Assembly: GCA_020137815.1 (NCBI GenBank)
Contig: CM035350.1
Coordinates: 372,001 to 436,000, forward strand
DNA length: 64,000 bases
DNA from: Hormiphora californensis
Taxonomy: Eukaryota; Animalia; Ctenophora
Direction: 5' to 3'
Shown here: positions 30,174 to 43,039 of the stretch, in pieces
Position numbering within the stretch: the stretch's first letter is position 1
How the letters are laid out: each line of letters begins with the position of its first letter
Position numbers and translations under genes: made by a program
Notes under the pieces: generated by a model
The model's input: only the letters and a program-made list of their open reading frames with translations
The model's database searches: none
Told to the model about the DNA's origin: nothing

Positions 30174-33100
30174 CGACAGAGAGAGACAGAGAGAGACTGA
30201 GAGGTGGAACTAATAAGAAACTAAGAAGTGAGAGATATGAAAAACGATCAGTTTTATGCCATCCGTAGGATGGCCTGGGTCCACTAGTTTAGTAAATGTC
30301 CCAACACACGTCTATTTCGGCAAATTTGTACTGGCCTCAAACTTCTAGGTTTGACCAGTGTTCCTAGATCACCTTTTTAGCCTGAAGATGATGCAACCAT
30401 AATTGAAGCGTTTAGATTCCATCTTCATCCTTAAAAATTGGATTTTTGCCAAAATTGCTCCTTGCGCACTTCATGACTGTTTTTGTACGTTCTAAACGTC
30501 TAAATGACTTGAATCCACCGTTAAAGTAAGAGTGGCGCGCCGTGTTTTCTCACAAAACTTAGTGGATGAACGGGGAGTACCTCCAGGACCATTGGTACGG
30601 TATCGAAAATTTCCAATTCTGTCTGGTATTGTCTGTGACGCGAGATATCGACAAATATCAAAAACGACCAAAGTGAGAGAAAGAGAGTTTGTTACAAGTG
30701 GGTGGCGCGCACAAACAACTAGCACCCAAAGATAACAATCTCTCTGACTACTTGTCTCCTTACTTTGTCTTTGTTTTTACTCTCGCTTCCGCTGCCATTT
30801 TGGACTATTACCGCACATAAATTGCCAGTTCTTCTTCTCCCAACTACCCAATTTCAGTAAACACTACCCCCACCCCCGGCCTTATTTAGTAAATGTCCCA
30901 ACACACGTCTATTTCGGCAAATTTGTACTGGCCTCAAACTTCTAGGTTTGACCAGTGTTCCTAGATCACCTTTTTAGCCTGAAGATGATGCAACCATAAT
31001 TGAAGCGTTTAGATTCCATCTTCATCCTTAAAAATTGGATTTTTGCCAAAATTGCTCCTTGCGCACTTCATGACTGTTTTTGTACGTTCTAAACGTCTAA
31101 ATGACTTGAATCCACCGTTAAAGTAAGAGTGGCGCGCCGTGTTTTCTCACAAAACTTAGTGGATGAACGGGGAGTACCTCCAGGACCATTGGTACGGTAT
31201 CGAAAATTTCCAATTCTGTCGCGTTCATTAGGTATGACGTAATATGTTCATTATTTCAACTTTTATAAAATTGCTCTACAGAAAAATCTGTGCATTGTGG
31301 ATTGAAATGGATGCTTGCATCGTGTTCAGCGTCAAAAAATAGCAGGGGTACCAAATTTTGGTGTCTCTACCTTGTCTGTGACGCGAGATATCGACAAATA
31401 TCAAAAACGACCAAAGTGAGAGAAAGAGAGTTTGTTACAAGTGGGTGGCGCGCACAAACAACTAGCACCCAAAGATAACAATCTCTCTGACTACTTGTCT
31501 CCTTACTTTGTCTTTGTTTTTACTCTCGCTTCCGCTGCCATTTTGGACTATTACCGCACATAAATTGCCAGTTCTTCTTCTCCCAACTACCCAATTTCAG
31601 TAAACACTACCCCCACCCCCGGCCTTATTTAGTAAATGTCCCAACACACGTCTATTTCGGCAAATTTGTACTGGCCTCAAACTTCTAGGTTTGACCAGTG
31701 TTCCTAGATCACCTTTTTAGCCTGAAGATGATGCAACCATAATTGAAGCGTTTAGATTCCATCTTCATCCTTAAAAATTGGATTTTTGCCAAAATTGCTC
31801 CTTGCGCACTTCATGACTGTTTTTGTACGTTCTAAACGTCTAAATGACTTGAATCCACCGTTAAAGTAAGAGTGGCGCGCCGTGTTTTCTCACAAAACTT
31901 AGTGGATGAACGGGGAGTACCTCCAGGACCATTGGTACGGTATCGAAAATTTCCAATTCTGTCTGGTATTGTCTGTGACGCGAGATATCGACAAATATCA
32001 AAAACGACCAAAGTGAGAGAAAGAGAGTTTGTTACAAGTGGGTGGCGCGCACAAACAACTAGCACCCAAAGATAACAATCTCTCTGACTACTTGTCTCCT
32101 TACATTGTCTTTGTTTTTACTCTCGCTTCCGCTGCCATTTTGGACTATTACCGCACATAAATTGCCAGTTCTTCTTCTCCCAACTACCCAATTTCAGTAA
32201 ACACTACCCCCACCCCCGGCCTTATTTAGTAAATGTCCCAACACACGTCTATTTCGGCAAATTTGTACTGGCCTCAAACTTCTACTTTCCACCTCCCACC
32301 CCCTCCACCCCTCCCCTCCGCCCCGCCCACCTCCCCCACCCTGGCCCTTCCCAATTTAGAGCAGTTTCTTATATACCTCGCTACAGAGACAATCCTTGTG
32401 TTTTGGTGCACTAAGTCGCTTATCGCGTGTAACAACTCAAAATTGTCTTATCTGCACCGCCCTTATTTGTGTTTGATCGTTCTCGTGTATCTTTACCTCT
32501 ACTGTAAAAGATATACCTCTCATCTCATCACCAAGACGTCACAGTTAGTACCCATCACATCCATCAAGGTCGTAAGTTTGTCAGTCCGTACTGTTTGTTG
32601 TTTATAAAATTAAATTCATACATCCCTTATTATACTAAAACGCTCACTCAACAGGTCGCAGTATTAGTACACAAACATTCCGCTCACCAATACTCGCTCA
32701 ACCAACAGTCAATACCATAAACTCACCAGAGTCGCTCACTAATGTATAAAAACCAATGTTTTCACTCTCAGTTTCATGTTGATAACAATTCACTCATTTA
32801 TTGTGTTGTTTATATCTTGAATTCTTCTCTTTGGTTAGACACCTAATACGTAGTACCAACGAGCAGAGCGAGTTGTGCCGGTAACGCAAAGAGTGCGGCC
32901 GTCTGCCAACACTGCAACTATCGTGGGGAAAAGTAGGCAGTGTTCTAACCCTACAAAGACAGACCTGAACACCTTAGTGAGCTATGCTCTAGACAATGAC
33001 GCCGACGACAGACGGATACAACAGTACCACCTGAGCCAGGCCCCTTTTGGGAGCAGTGCGAGGTACAGTCGAACCAAACCAAACCAAACCAAACCAAACC

Positions 33101-33416
33101 AAACAATCTCTCTCTCACCCATTTTGGTCGTTTTTGATAATTGTCGATATCTCGCGTCACAGACAAGGTAGAGACACCAAAATTTGGTACCCTGGCTATT
33201 TTTTGACGCTGAACACGATGCAAGCATCCATTTCAATCCACAATGTACAGATTTTTCTGTACAGCAATTTTATGAAAGTTGAAATAATGAACATATTACG
33301 TCATAACTAATGAACGAGACAGAATTGGAAATTTTCGATACCGTACCAATGGTCCTGGTGGTACTCCTCGTTCATCCACTAAGTTTTGTGAGAAAACATG
33401 GCGCGCCACTCTTACT
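29242..33416. mobile_element. TTAA (Kolobok-like) MITE expanded by a central retro-insertion and tandem duplications of its left part
   Basis: Left TIR copies at ~29240, 30520, 31120 and 31862; single right TIR gccactcttact|ttaa at ~33416. Confidence 0.8.
32086..33101 (+). mobile_element. ~1-kb non-autonomous non-LTR retroelement with (AACCA)n tail
   Basis: 12-bp target duplication aacaatctctct (32074-32085 and 33102-33113); uninterrupted host site at ~20700. Confidence 0.75.
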
Positions 33417-33635
33417 TTAAATGTTAGCTTATACAATTTTCAAGGTCCTATGTTAGTTTTATTACGATCGGTCAATGGGTACCTGGCTCATGGCGGCTTT
33501 TTTCAACATTTGTAAAAAAATTAAAATTCAGCTTTACCAAATCTAGCGAAAATCGCTTCCCCATGCTAAAAATTTTATCCAAAAATTTCAGGAACGTTTA
33601 AATGGAGTATCTCGAGGCATTTAATAAGCAATATA

Positions 33636-35200
33636 CAGGGTGTCCCATATATTCTGTGGGTCGGTTGGCGAGCTGTCACGCAAAAACGGTGATAGTTGTG
33701 TAAAAACAGACTACGGGAGTGTGCTGGATTAATTCCTTCCTAACTGATGGCTTTGTTTTGAAATTAAATTTCATAAGTTCATTTTTCATGAATGAACATT
33801 CCTGTAATTCATTCGTGAATTCTGAAATATTGTTTACCTTGAGTAAAAAACTTTTCTTTGGCTCGAAATTATCTTTCCAATGAGCACCATAAAAATCAAA
33901 TTGAAGCACCGGGTCGCATGGCAGGTGAGAAAATGCAAATGCATGATTTTGGCCATTCCTGCGACTTTCAATCAGCTGTATCACCGCTAATTTTTGTTCA
34001 ATCCTTTTAAAAGTTTGGGTGAACATCGGTGAAGATAAGATCTTTGCTCACAAGAAAAATCAAAGTCAAAACTCAAAGTTCATTTTTCATTTTTGGTAGT
34101 TCATTCCACTCATTCAGGAACAAACATCCCTAAAGTGACGAAAAGGTTTGGGTTTTGTTTGGCCCATGTCCTGAAACGATAGAGAGGTGTAAAAAAGTGT
34201 TTCTGGGCTAGTTAGTGGGTGTCCATGTGATCATTATGATATCTGACACCTTTGCTGAGCCATAATTAAGAGATTTTCTCAAATTCAAACATGAGATACG
34301 AGTATTCTGCGATTGGTATCGTGCACCAATAACAAGAGATCCCATAGCACCTCAAAAATTATGATTAGCTAAATGAGATGAGTTGATTTACGATTGAAAA
34401 GATTAAAACCAATGTAAAGTCGGACTAAACGAACATATTCAAACGTGAATCAACTCATTTCATTTAGCTAATCATAATTTCTGAGGTGCTATGGGATCTC
34501 TTGTTATTGGTGCACGATACCAATCGCAGAATACTCGTATCCCATGTTTGATTTTGAGAAAATCTCTTAATTATGGCTCAGCAAAGGTGTCAGATATCAT
34601 AATGATCACATGGACACCCACTAACTAGCCCGGAAACACGTTTTTACACCTCTCTGTCGTTTCAGGACATGGGCCAAACAAAACCCAAACCTTTTCGTCA
34701 CTTTAGGGATGTTTGTTCCTGAATGAGTGGAATGAACTACCAAAAATGAAAAATGAACTTTGAGTTTTGACCTTGATTTTTCTTGTGAGCAAAGATCTTA
34801 TCTTCACCGATGTTCACCCAAACTTTTAAAAGGATTGAACAAAAAGTAGCGGTGATACAGCTGATTGAAAGTCGCAGGAATGGCCAAAATCATGCATTTG
34901 CATTTTCTCACCTGCCATGCGACGCGGTGCTTCAATTTGATTTTTATGGTGCTCATTGGAAAGATAATTTCGAGCCAAAGAAAAGTTTTTTACTCAAGGT
35001 AAACAATATTTCAGAATTCACGAATGAATGACAGGAATGTTCATTCATGAAAAATGAACTTTTGAAATTTAATTTCAAAACAAAGCCATCAGTTAGGAAG
35101 GAATTAATCCAGCACACTCCCGTAGTCTGTTTTCACACAACTATCACCGTTTTTGCGTGACAGCTCGCCAACCGACCCACAGAATATATGGGACACCCCA
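33636..35200. mobile_element. 1.56-kb fold-back element with Tc1/mariner-like termini
   Basis: TA|cagggtgtcccat ... atgggacacccca|TA; ~760-bp inverted arms. Confidence 0.85.
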
Positions 35201-35783
35201 TATTTAACACCTGTATAGGGTTAAAAACTTTCCGAATGATCCGGAAGTAGGTCATATTGGTCCAAAATTGAGTGAAGAGCTAGCATAAAGCGGCAGCTAG
35301 AGTAGCATTGAAACATATTGCTCGTGAGGCAATACTGCCAGCAGGCGAAGGTTCCCACCATCCTTGTCCAACCTAAAAATGTCCAAGGAAGACGCTGGAA
35401 TAGGTCGCTTGGCTCTATCTAGCTCCGTTCTCTCACAAACATACCTGTCCAGATATTTACCGAATGACCTAATACATTAAAACTCCGATAGAATTATATC
35501 CAAGGGCAGAACTGTGCAAATTAGCGACACACTTTTGAAATTTGAATGCTGTATTTCTCAGAAAACAAAGTGTTCACATTTATAGAGAAGATGCTTCAGT
35601 AGAACAGCTGTGTGGGAAGTAATAAAGTAATAGGGAGGAGGGACATGCAATAGATATTGACAGCGAAAAATCAAATATTTGAAACCTCGATAGGTGCTTA
35701 AGGTGCGTTGTGTTGTCTGACACTATCGCTTATCCATTAGGCTGTGCTACGAGCAGCGGGACGGGGTTAGATTCGAAATGTAA

Positions 35784-37375
35784 GGGGGGGGGGGTGACAC
35801 GTAACACTTTGTAACACTTTGTAACATGTGCAGAAAACTTTTTGTGCACGTTACATGTTACAAAGTGTTACAAAGTATTACATAGTGTTACAAAGTGTTA
35901 CATAGTGTTACAAAGTGTTACAAAGTGTTACAAAGTGTTACATAGTGTTACAAAGTGTTACATAGTGTTACAAAGTGTTACATAGTGTTACAAAGTGTTA
36001 CATAGTGTTACAAAGTGTTACATAGTGTTACAAAGTGTCACAAAGTGTTACATAGTGTCACAAAGTGTTACAAAGTGTTACAAATTGTTACAAAAACACA
36101 AGGATTTGTAGCGAAGCAAATTTTCAATCTTAGACCTAAAATTGATTTTGGAAAAATTTTATTTCTTTTTCCAACAGAAACGTAGTATACTACTACATAT
36201 CATCTTATTAAGTACAAAGAATCGATTACCAATGAAAAAAAGTCGATTGGGTCACAACTCACAGGTGACTCAGCACATTGGGGGCCTCTGAGAGGCACAA
36301 TACTTCTAATATCACTCTAAAAACTTTACCGTTGTCTAAAGTTCATATTTTTCTTTACCAAATGGACTATTTCAGCCCTGATTTCCACAGTCGATGACAT
36401 CGGAGGCTCAAAACATCCGCAAATTAGTAAAAAAGTGTATGTTTTAAGTGTTACAAATTGTTACAAAAACACAAGGATTTGTAGCGAAGCAAATTTTCAA
36501 TCTTAGACCTAAAATTGATTTTGGAAAAATTTTATTTCTTTTTCCAACAGAAACGTAGTATATCATCTTATTAAGTACAAAGAATCGATTACCAATGAAA
36601 AAAAGTCGATTGGGTCACAACTCACAGGTGACTCAGCACATTGGGGGCCTCTGAGAGGCACAATACTTCTAATATCACTCTAAAAATATTGTCTAAAGTT
36701 CATATTTTTCTTTACCAAATGGACTATTTCAGCCCTGATTTCCACAGTCGATGACATCGGAGGCTCAAAACATCCGCAAATTAGTAAAAAAGTGTATGTT
36801 TTAACCCTAGAAATGATGTAAAACTTTTAGATGTGTTCTAGAAAGACACCAAAGTCGTTCAAATTACTTATTCACCAACCGTTGAAAATTTGCTTCGCTA
36901 CAAATCCTTGTGTTTTTGTAACAATTTGTAACACTTTGTAACAATTTGTAACACTTTGTAACAATTTGTAACACTTTGTAACAATTTGTAACACTTTGTG
37001 ACACTATGTAACACTTTGTAACACTATGTAACACTTTGTAACACTATGTAACACTTTGTAACACTATGTAACACTTTGTAACACTATGTAACACTTTGTA
37101 ACACTATGTAACACTTTGTAACACTATGTAACACTTTGTAACACTATGTAACACTTTGTAACACTATGTAACACTTTGTAACACTATGTAACACTTTGTA
37201 ACACTATGTAACACTTTGTAACACTATGTAACACTTTGTAACACTATGTAACACTTTGTAACACTATGTAACACTTTGTAACACTATGTAACACTTTGTA
37301 ACATGTGCAGAAAACTTTTTGTGCGCGTTACATGTTACAAAGTGTTACAAAGTGTTACGTGTCACCCCCCCCCCC
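35784..37375. mobile_element. TIR element whose arms consist of a 10-bp satellite (acaaagtgtt); apparent 7-bp target duplication
   Basis: aatgtaa at 35777-35783 and 37376-37382; ggggtgacacgtaacac termini; internal ~360-bp tandem duplication. Confidence 0.8.
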
Positions 37376-37610
37376 AATGTAAACAGGGAAATCAGTTTTT
37401 AATCAGTTGTATTCTACACGCTACCTACTTTTCCAATAATGGGGATTGGGTAGTTTTTTCAGTTGTCATATTTCTCTACTACTGAGGGAATGTAAAGGTT
37501 GTTAGTGGTTGCGGATCTAGGGTCTAATATACAGTTCAGATTTAAAAGAAACACGGTTTGATAAAAAGTTAATAAATTAGAATGTTAAAACCACGGCAAA
37601 TATAAAACTC

Positions 37611-38345
37611 TTATAAACTCTCTTTAACACCAGACTGTTTCATAAGATCCTTGTACTGCTCGGGAAACAGTGCTGGAAGGAAGGAGGTAGCTCCACACCA
37701 GGTCTCTATGTTACCCTCCGTAACACACATAAAATCGTGTGCCAGGGCCACATTATCAGGAAAGCTCTCTCCCACGATAGGGGGTAGTTTCTGGTATCGG
37801 AGACTAAAATGGGTTAGTATGGTGTAACTAGCTCCCATTTCCCTCCCAACTTCCACCGCCTGACTGACAGTTGTGTGCTTCTTAGCAGCGGACTGCTCGG
37901 CGAGGGAGTTCTGGTGTGTTGCCTCGTGGATCAAGACATCACAATCCTTGCCAGCGGCAACAAAGTCAGGGTTGGGAAGAGTGTCACCCGAGTAGGCCAC
38001 CTTCCAATCTCCCGCCTCAATAGCCACACACCAGGAATCGCGTGTGTGCATGGTGGGTGCAAGGTAAATACCCGAGATCCCCAACTTTCCCTCCTGCTCC
38101 TTCCTTATCGCAGGATCAGCGTGCAACTCACCCAGTGAGATAAGGTTAACAGGAGCACCGGGCGTTTCCGCAGTGTCTCTCAGCCAGATAAACATTCTCC
38201 CCGGACACAGGATGGTGAGGGGCTCTCCGGTCATCTCATGGTACAACCTGGCTATGGACATGGTGCCGCCACAGTGGTCAAAGTGGATGTGGGATAGATA
38301 GAGGAAGTTTAGTTTCCCAATCACCTCCCTTGTCCCCTCCATCCC
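37611..38345 (-). CDS. RNase Z (ELAC2/Trz1-like) C-terminal metallo-beta-lactamase domain, N-terminally truncated
   Basis: SHIHFDH (HxHxDH), YSGDT, HEAT, HTT and THFSLRY motifs; the PxKxRN and DCGEG motifs are absent. Confidence 0.85.
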   Translation of the reverse strand, partial: GMEGTREVIGKLNFLYLSHIHFDHCGGTMSIARLYHEMTGEPLTILCPGRMFIWLRDTAETPGAPVNLISLGELHADPAIRKEQEGKLGISGIYLAPTMHTRDSWCVAIEAGDWKVAYSGDTLPNPDFVAAGKDCDVLIHEATHQNSLAEQSAAKKHTTVSQAVEVGREMGASYTILTHFSLRYQKLPPIVGESFPDNVALAHDFMCVTEGNIETWCGATSFLPALFPEQYKDLMKQSGVKESL

Positions 38346-38346
38346 T

Positions 38347-39834
38347 CTAACTCGGATCACCGGTGACCGGTAGTGGCACACCGTCTGTGTTGAATGTGAT
38401 TTTTAAAACCGCCCCTTTCCTGTCGTGTGCTCTAACATCCCAGGTATACCCAGCTGCAATGTCCAGAAACCGACCTTTGTTTAAGATGTAACGATCTTCC
38501 TCTAGATCTATGGTTACTTCATTAAACACACACTTAACACGTATCGTTGTGTTCAATTCTTGGAGTAGACCGTCACGAGTTGATTCTGAGGAGGTTAGGA
38601 AGGGTGTGTTAGTGGGATGTACACGGGGAACCGTGTGCAGAAAGTATAGCGCGTGTCAGCACTTGGCAAATATTCCAAATATGTGGGATGGTAACCTGAT
38701 ACTATTAACTATATGTGGGATGGTAACCGGATACTATCACTGCCTGGTGATCACTATTAGCCCTCTACAGGATTCTAAATGAGGGAGTCACACTGCTTAG
38801 TGATTCCCATCAGCAACCCACATGATTCTAAATGAGGGAGTCACACTGCTTAGTGATTCCCATCAGCAACCCACAGGATTCTAAATGAGGGAGTCACACT
38901 GCTTAGTGATTCCCATCAGCAACCCACAGGATTCTCACTCAAACCTACTTAGGCGAAGGATTTTTCCAGTGAGGCAGTTCCATCACGACGAGTTGGAGAG
39001 AGGAGTTCCAGTAAAGACAGTTCCAGACTCTCTCTTTACGATCCTGATCCCGATGCTGTTCTACCCGGAAACTCTGTACAGGGAACCTATGCCCGAATAA
39101 CTTCTGCCCGGATAATCTATCCCTGGAACCTCGGCCTGAACTATGCCAGACCCTGATACTACTGTTATGCTGCGGTGCTGCTGCGACCCTATGTGAGTGG
39201 AGGCCGAGGACTACCTAAATGAGGAAGTGGATTACTGAGGACGACAACCGTAAGAGGAGCGACAACTGTGAGTGTTTTAGCCCATCATTGTGATGTATTA
39301 CTTATTCCATTTCTTGCCAATAGTCATATCGCGTGTTTACTTTGTTACCCTGGTTAGTGCATTATTCTGAGCTATTGTCTAGTGGTACGACGTTGGGAGT
39401 GTATTATTAGGAGTACACAGCGCCCAAAGTCTTACAAACAGGTTACAGTTTAAAACATAACAACACTATACTAGGGAGGCAAGGAGGGTGGTATGGAGGG
39501 GTTTTTGTCCACTAGGCGAACCAAAAAGGTCTACATTTCAGTTACCATATTCGAGACACACGATGCATCCCATCCAACCGTCATCGGGAATCTTGAGGAC
39601 GTACATATTATCATCCCCCTCATCCCCTTCTTCCACCACATGGCAGTCACCTAATTTTTCTACCTCCATCCTGACCACCTGTTGATATGTAGGTTGTTAA
39701 AGGGAGGGTATTCTACATGTATCATGTACTAACTAGTTGCTCATAGGACCTACGAATCGCATATCAAATTGCGATTTACGTTTTTGGTGTATAGTGTGAG
39801 AGGAAGAGAGAGTATGGTGCTCCAAATAGCTCAT
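38347..39834 (-). CDS. Putative 3-exon gene (~150 aa) of unknown function
   Basis: Phase-compatible exons 39834-39754, 39678-39546 and 38585-38347 with GT-AG introns; acceptor-like ttacacag 9 nt before the ATG. Confidence 0.45.
38654..39436. mobile_element. Probable solo LTR
   Basis: TGTCAG...CTTACA termini with imperfect inverted ends and internal 53-bp tandem repeats; no target duplication. Confidence 0.45.
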
Positions 39835-39933
39835 GTTGAATTTCTGTGTAAAGTTATAAAAAGCGAGCTAAAAGTTAAAAAAAAGTGAAGTGAAAACGAA
39901 GTGAAGTGAAAACAAAGTGAAGTGAAAACAAAG

Positions 39934-40626
39934 TATTCTGAATAATGAGTTCAGAGCAAGAATTAAATAGGGAAGAAAATCGAAAAATACTGGGTTTGAC
40001 AGGGAATTGAACCAGGGACCTCCAGAGAGACATGCTAAGCTACCAAACCCTATGTACTGATCGCATTTCATCGCTCTATATTCAAGATCCTGCCCTTAGC
40101 TAGACACCATGTGATAAAGGGAAGTAATTTTGATATCTCCTTCTGGTGATCAACACACACACACGCCCTCTGTACAACAGTTTAATGGGGAATCTCACAC
40201 ATACACGGGCAGAACTCGGTTAAGGAGAGATTAATTAGTATTCTGAATAATGAGTTCAGAGCAAGAATTAAATAGGGAAGAAAATCGAAAAATACTGGGT
40301 TTGACCGGGAATTGAACCAGGGACCTCCAGAGAGACATGCTCGGAGCTATAAACCACTAAGCTACCAAACCCTATGTACTGATCGCATTTCATCGCTCTA
40401 TATTCAAGATCCTGCCCTTAGCTAGACACCATGTGATAAAGGGAAGTAATTTTGATATCTCCTTCTGGTGATCAACACACACACACGCCCTCTGTACAAC
40501 AGTTTAATGGGGAATCTCACACATACACGGGCAGAACTCGGTTAAGGAGAGATTAATTAGTATTCTGAATAATGAGTTCAGAGCAAGAATTAAATAGGGA
40601 AGAAAATCGAAAAATACTGGGTTTGA
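39934..40626 (-). repeat. Tandem ~320-bp units each carrying a tRNA-like sequence, flanked by (aagtgaagtgaaaa)n
   Basis: Unit starts at ~39934, 40239 and 40561. Confidence 0.85.
40296..40372 (-). ncRNA. tRNA-like element (non-canonical; CA-TGT anticodon loop)
   Basis: GGTTTGG/TCAAACC acceptor stem, A box TAGCTTAGTGG, B box GGTTCAATTCC, downstream T5. Confidence 0.6.
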
Positions 40627-40879
40627 AAAAAAGTGAAGTGAAAACAAAGTGAAGTGAAAAAAAGTGAAGTGAAAAAAAAGTGAAGTGAAAAAAAGTGAAG
40701 TGAAAAAAGTGAAGTGAAAAAAGTGAAGTGAAAAAAAATTGAAGTGAAAAGATTTTGATTTTGATTTGACCTCTTGATGAGTCACGTGCTCTAAATGGCT
40801 CAGGTGGCTCAGGTAGGATGGACGCTTTTTATAAACCGTATTGAGGCCAAACGAAAAGAGATTGAGACTTCTAGTTTTC

Positions 40880-41560
40880 ACTAGCTGGTAGATCTACTAG
40901 ATGTGTGTGCATTAGTTGGGGTGAACTTTACCATCATCTCCAGAAACGTCCTACAGAACGTCTTAAAGTTGTCATTTTTGATACACTGACCAAACTTCTT
41001 TGAGCTCAATTTACACCTTTAAAATGGAATCTAATCGAAAAACTAAGACTAAATCATGGAAAGAGAATTGTCTGAACTTTCAGATGCTGAATTGCGAATT
41101 TTCAGAACCCGAGTTGTAAGGGTCGTAAATCGCGTCGAAAGTGTTATGACTTAGATGTTAAAATAGATATAATGACGATATGGCTTTTTTCGCCATAGTG
41201 GGTCCAAATGGGTCCATCTCAAACTTAATCAATATCTTCGACTGATATTACGTCATCAGTATGACGTCATAACTTCATGACGTCACGTTATGACGTCAAA
41301 ATGACGTCAAAAACAAAATTTTCGCTTCATTTTGACGTCATAACGTGACGTCACGACGCGACGTTATGACGTCATACTGATGACGTAATATCATCTGGAA
41401 TATCAAGTCGAAGATATTGATTAAATTTGAGATGGATTTGTTGAGATTCGGACCCGCTATGGCGAAAAAAGCTATATCGTCATATCTATTTTAAAATAGT
41501 CATAACACTTTCGACGCGATTTACGACCTTTACAACTAGGGTTCTGAAAATTCGCAATAT
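40880..41560. repeat. Partial fold-back of the repeat family seen at 1450-1930
   Basis: Inverted arms around ~41320 with tgacgtca clusters. Confidence 0.75.
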
Positions 41561-41854
41561 GGGGGGTCCAGCTCTAAAAAAAGCTAAACTAACGGCCTAA
41601 ATCAGGGTACCTTTAGCTTTTTTAGCTTTTTTTTAAAGCTTTTTTAGCCTTTTTTAGCTTTTTTATAGCTCTTTTAGCTTTTTAAGCTTTTTTAGGCTAA
41701 AAAAGCTAAAAAAAGCTAAAATTGAGATTTTAGTGGATTCATATTATATATAGGTTCGAATCCCGCTGACGCCAAATTTTTTAAAATTTTATTATAACGT
41801 TTTATAACGTTTTTTGAACTTTTTTAAAACTATTGTTATCAAATTTGAATGATA

Positions 41855-42600
41855 TTTTTTCCCTGCCCGGGTGAATGCCGAAGGCAATCACCCGGGATGA
41901 TCTTTTTAGCACGCACGTGCTAAAAAGATCATTCAGGGTTTAGAAATCAGCAGATTGTGTAGTTAACTAAAAGTGTCCGTCCGTCCGTCCGTCCGTCTTG
42001 TCGTACATTGGTCGCCCCAATACCGCTCGGAACCTTGCCTAGCTAGACAGTAGACTGTGTTTCGCACGCCCCGCACAAAGTAAAGGAGGGTTAGAGTATA
42101 ACAATCGGAACCCACGTTTTTACACCATTTTGTTAAGACCACTCGTTTTAAATAAATGTTAGTCGACAGTCGCGGTTACGAACCTGTGCTCTTGATAGTT
42201 TGTGATCCTCAAGGCTGCTGGACCGGTCAAGAGAGTTACAAAACTGATCGGTGCTAGTTCGGCGGGGTGCCGGTGGGAGAGGTGTCTCCCCGGGGTCCAC
42301 TAACTGGGCCGGAGGGGGGTGTCGATTGGATGTTGAGAAACTCGGTGTGGCATCATCCTGTAAGAAGACGAGTTCAGTTGTGACTTGTGACGGATTGTAG
42401 CAAAAATTTGTTGGGTAAGGGGTAACTCAACAACATAAAATGCGGTGTGAGCCACAAAAGGTGTGGCAGTTTCTAGGAAAAAGGGAAATACAAAACAGAC
42501 GATAGTATGTTGATAACATTGCATTGATATAACATTGATACCTGATCAGTAGCCCGTGCTATTGATATTTTTCTCGGCCCCTGCTTAGCCACACTTATGG
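41855..42600 (+). mobile_element. Possible HINE/DINE-1-like non-autonomous Helentron
   Basis: T-run followed by two GC-rich hairpins and a (GTCC)n microsatellite; right end not defined. Confidence 0.4.
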
Positions 42601-42807
42601 GCTGGAAGATCTGACGATTCTGCGTAGAATGCAAAAAACGAGACTTGAAAATATTAAAAGGGGGCCATGTTCTTCCAGTTTAAAGTTAGGTAGTTTCGTT
42701 GAAAACTTCAATTTTTGTCAAAATGGACTCCCGCTTAGCAACTACGATTAGCAAACTTCATAAGCGATGGACTTAGAATATTCAATGGCAAAAAGTAAAT
42801 AGTCGAA

Positions 42808-42852
<45 letters not shown>

Positions 42853-43039
42853 GGGGAGAGAGCGAGAGGAGAGAAAAGATAGAGAGGAAAGAGAGAGAGA
42901 GAGAGAGATAGAGGAGCTTCGACTACTCTACTAGACAGCAGGATCCTTCCATATATGATATAACCATCTCGTGTGTTTTGAATCACCATAAATCGAACAG
43001 AATATAACACGGGATGCCATGGGCCACACTCCAGCATGC

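Noticed and set aside
33676-35031. Mirror-image ORFs MFTQTFKRIEQK...
   Set aside because: They lie in the two arms of a fold-back element, show no transposase motif, and one is truncated.
41750-41780. tRNA gene (ggttcgaatcccgctgacgcca)
   Set aside because: Only the T arm and 3' acceptor strand are present.
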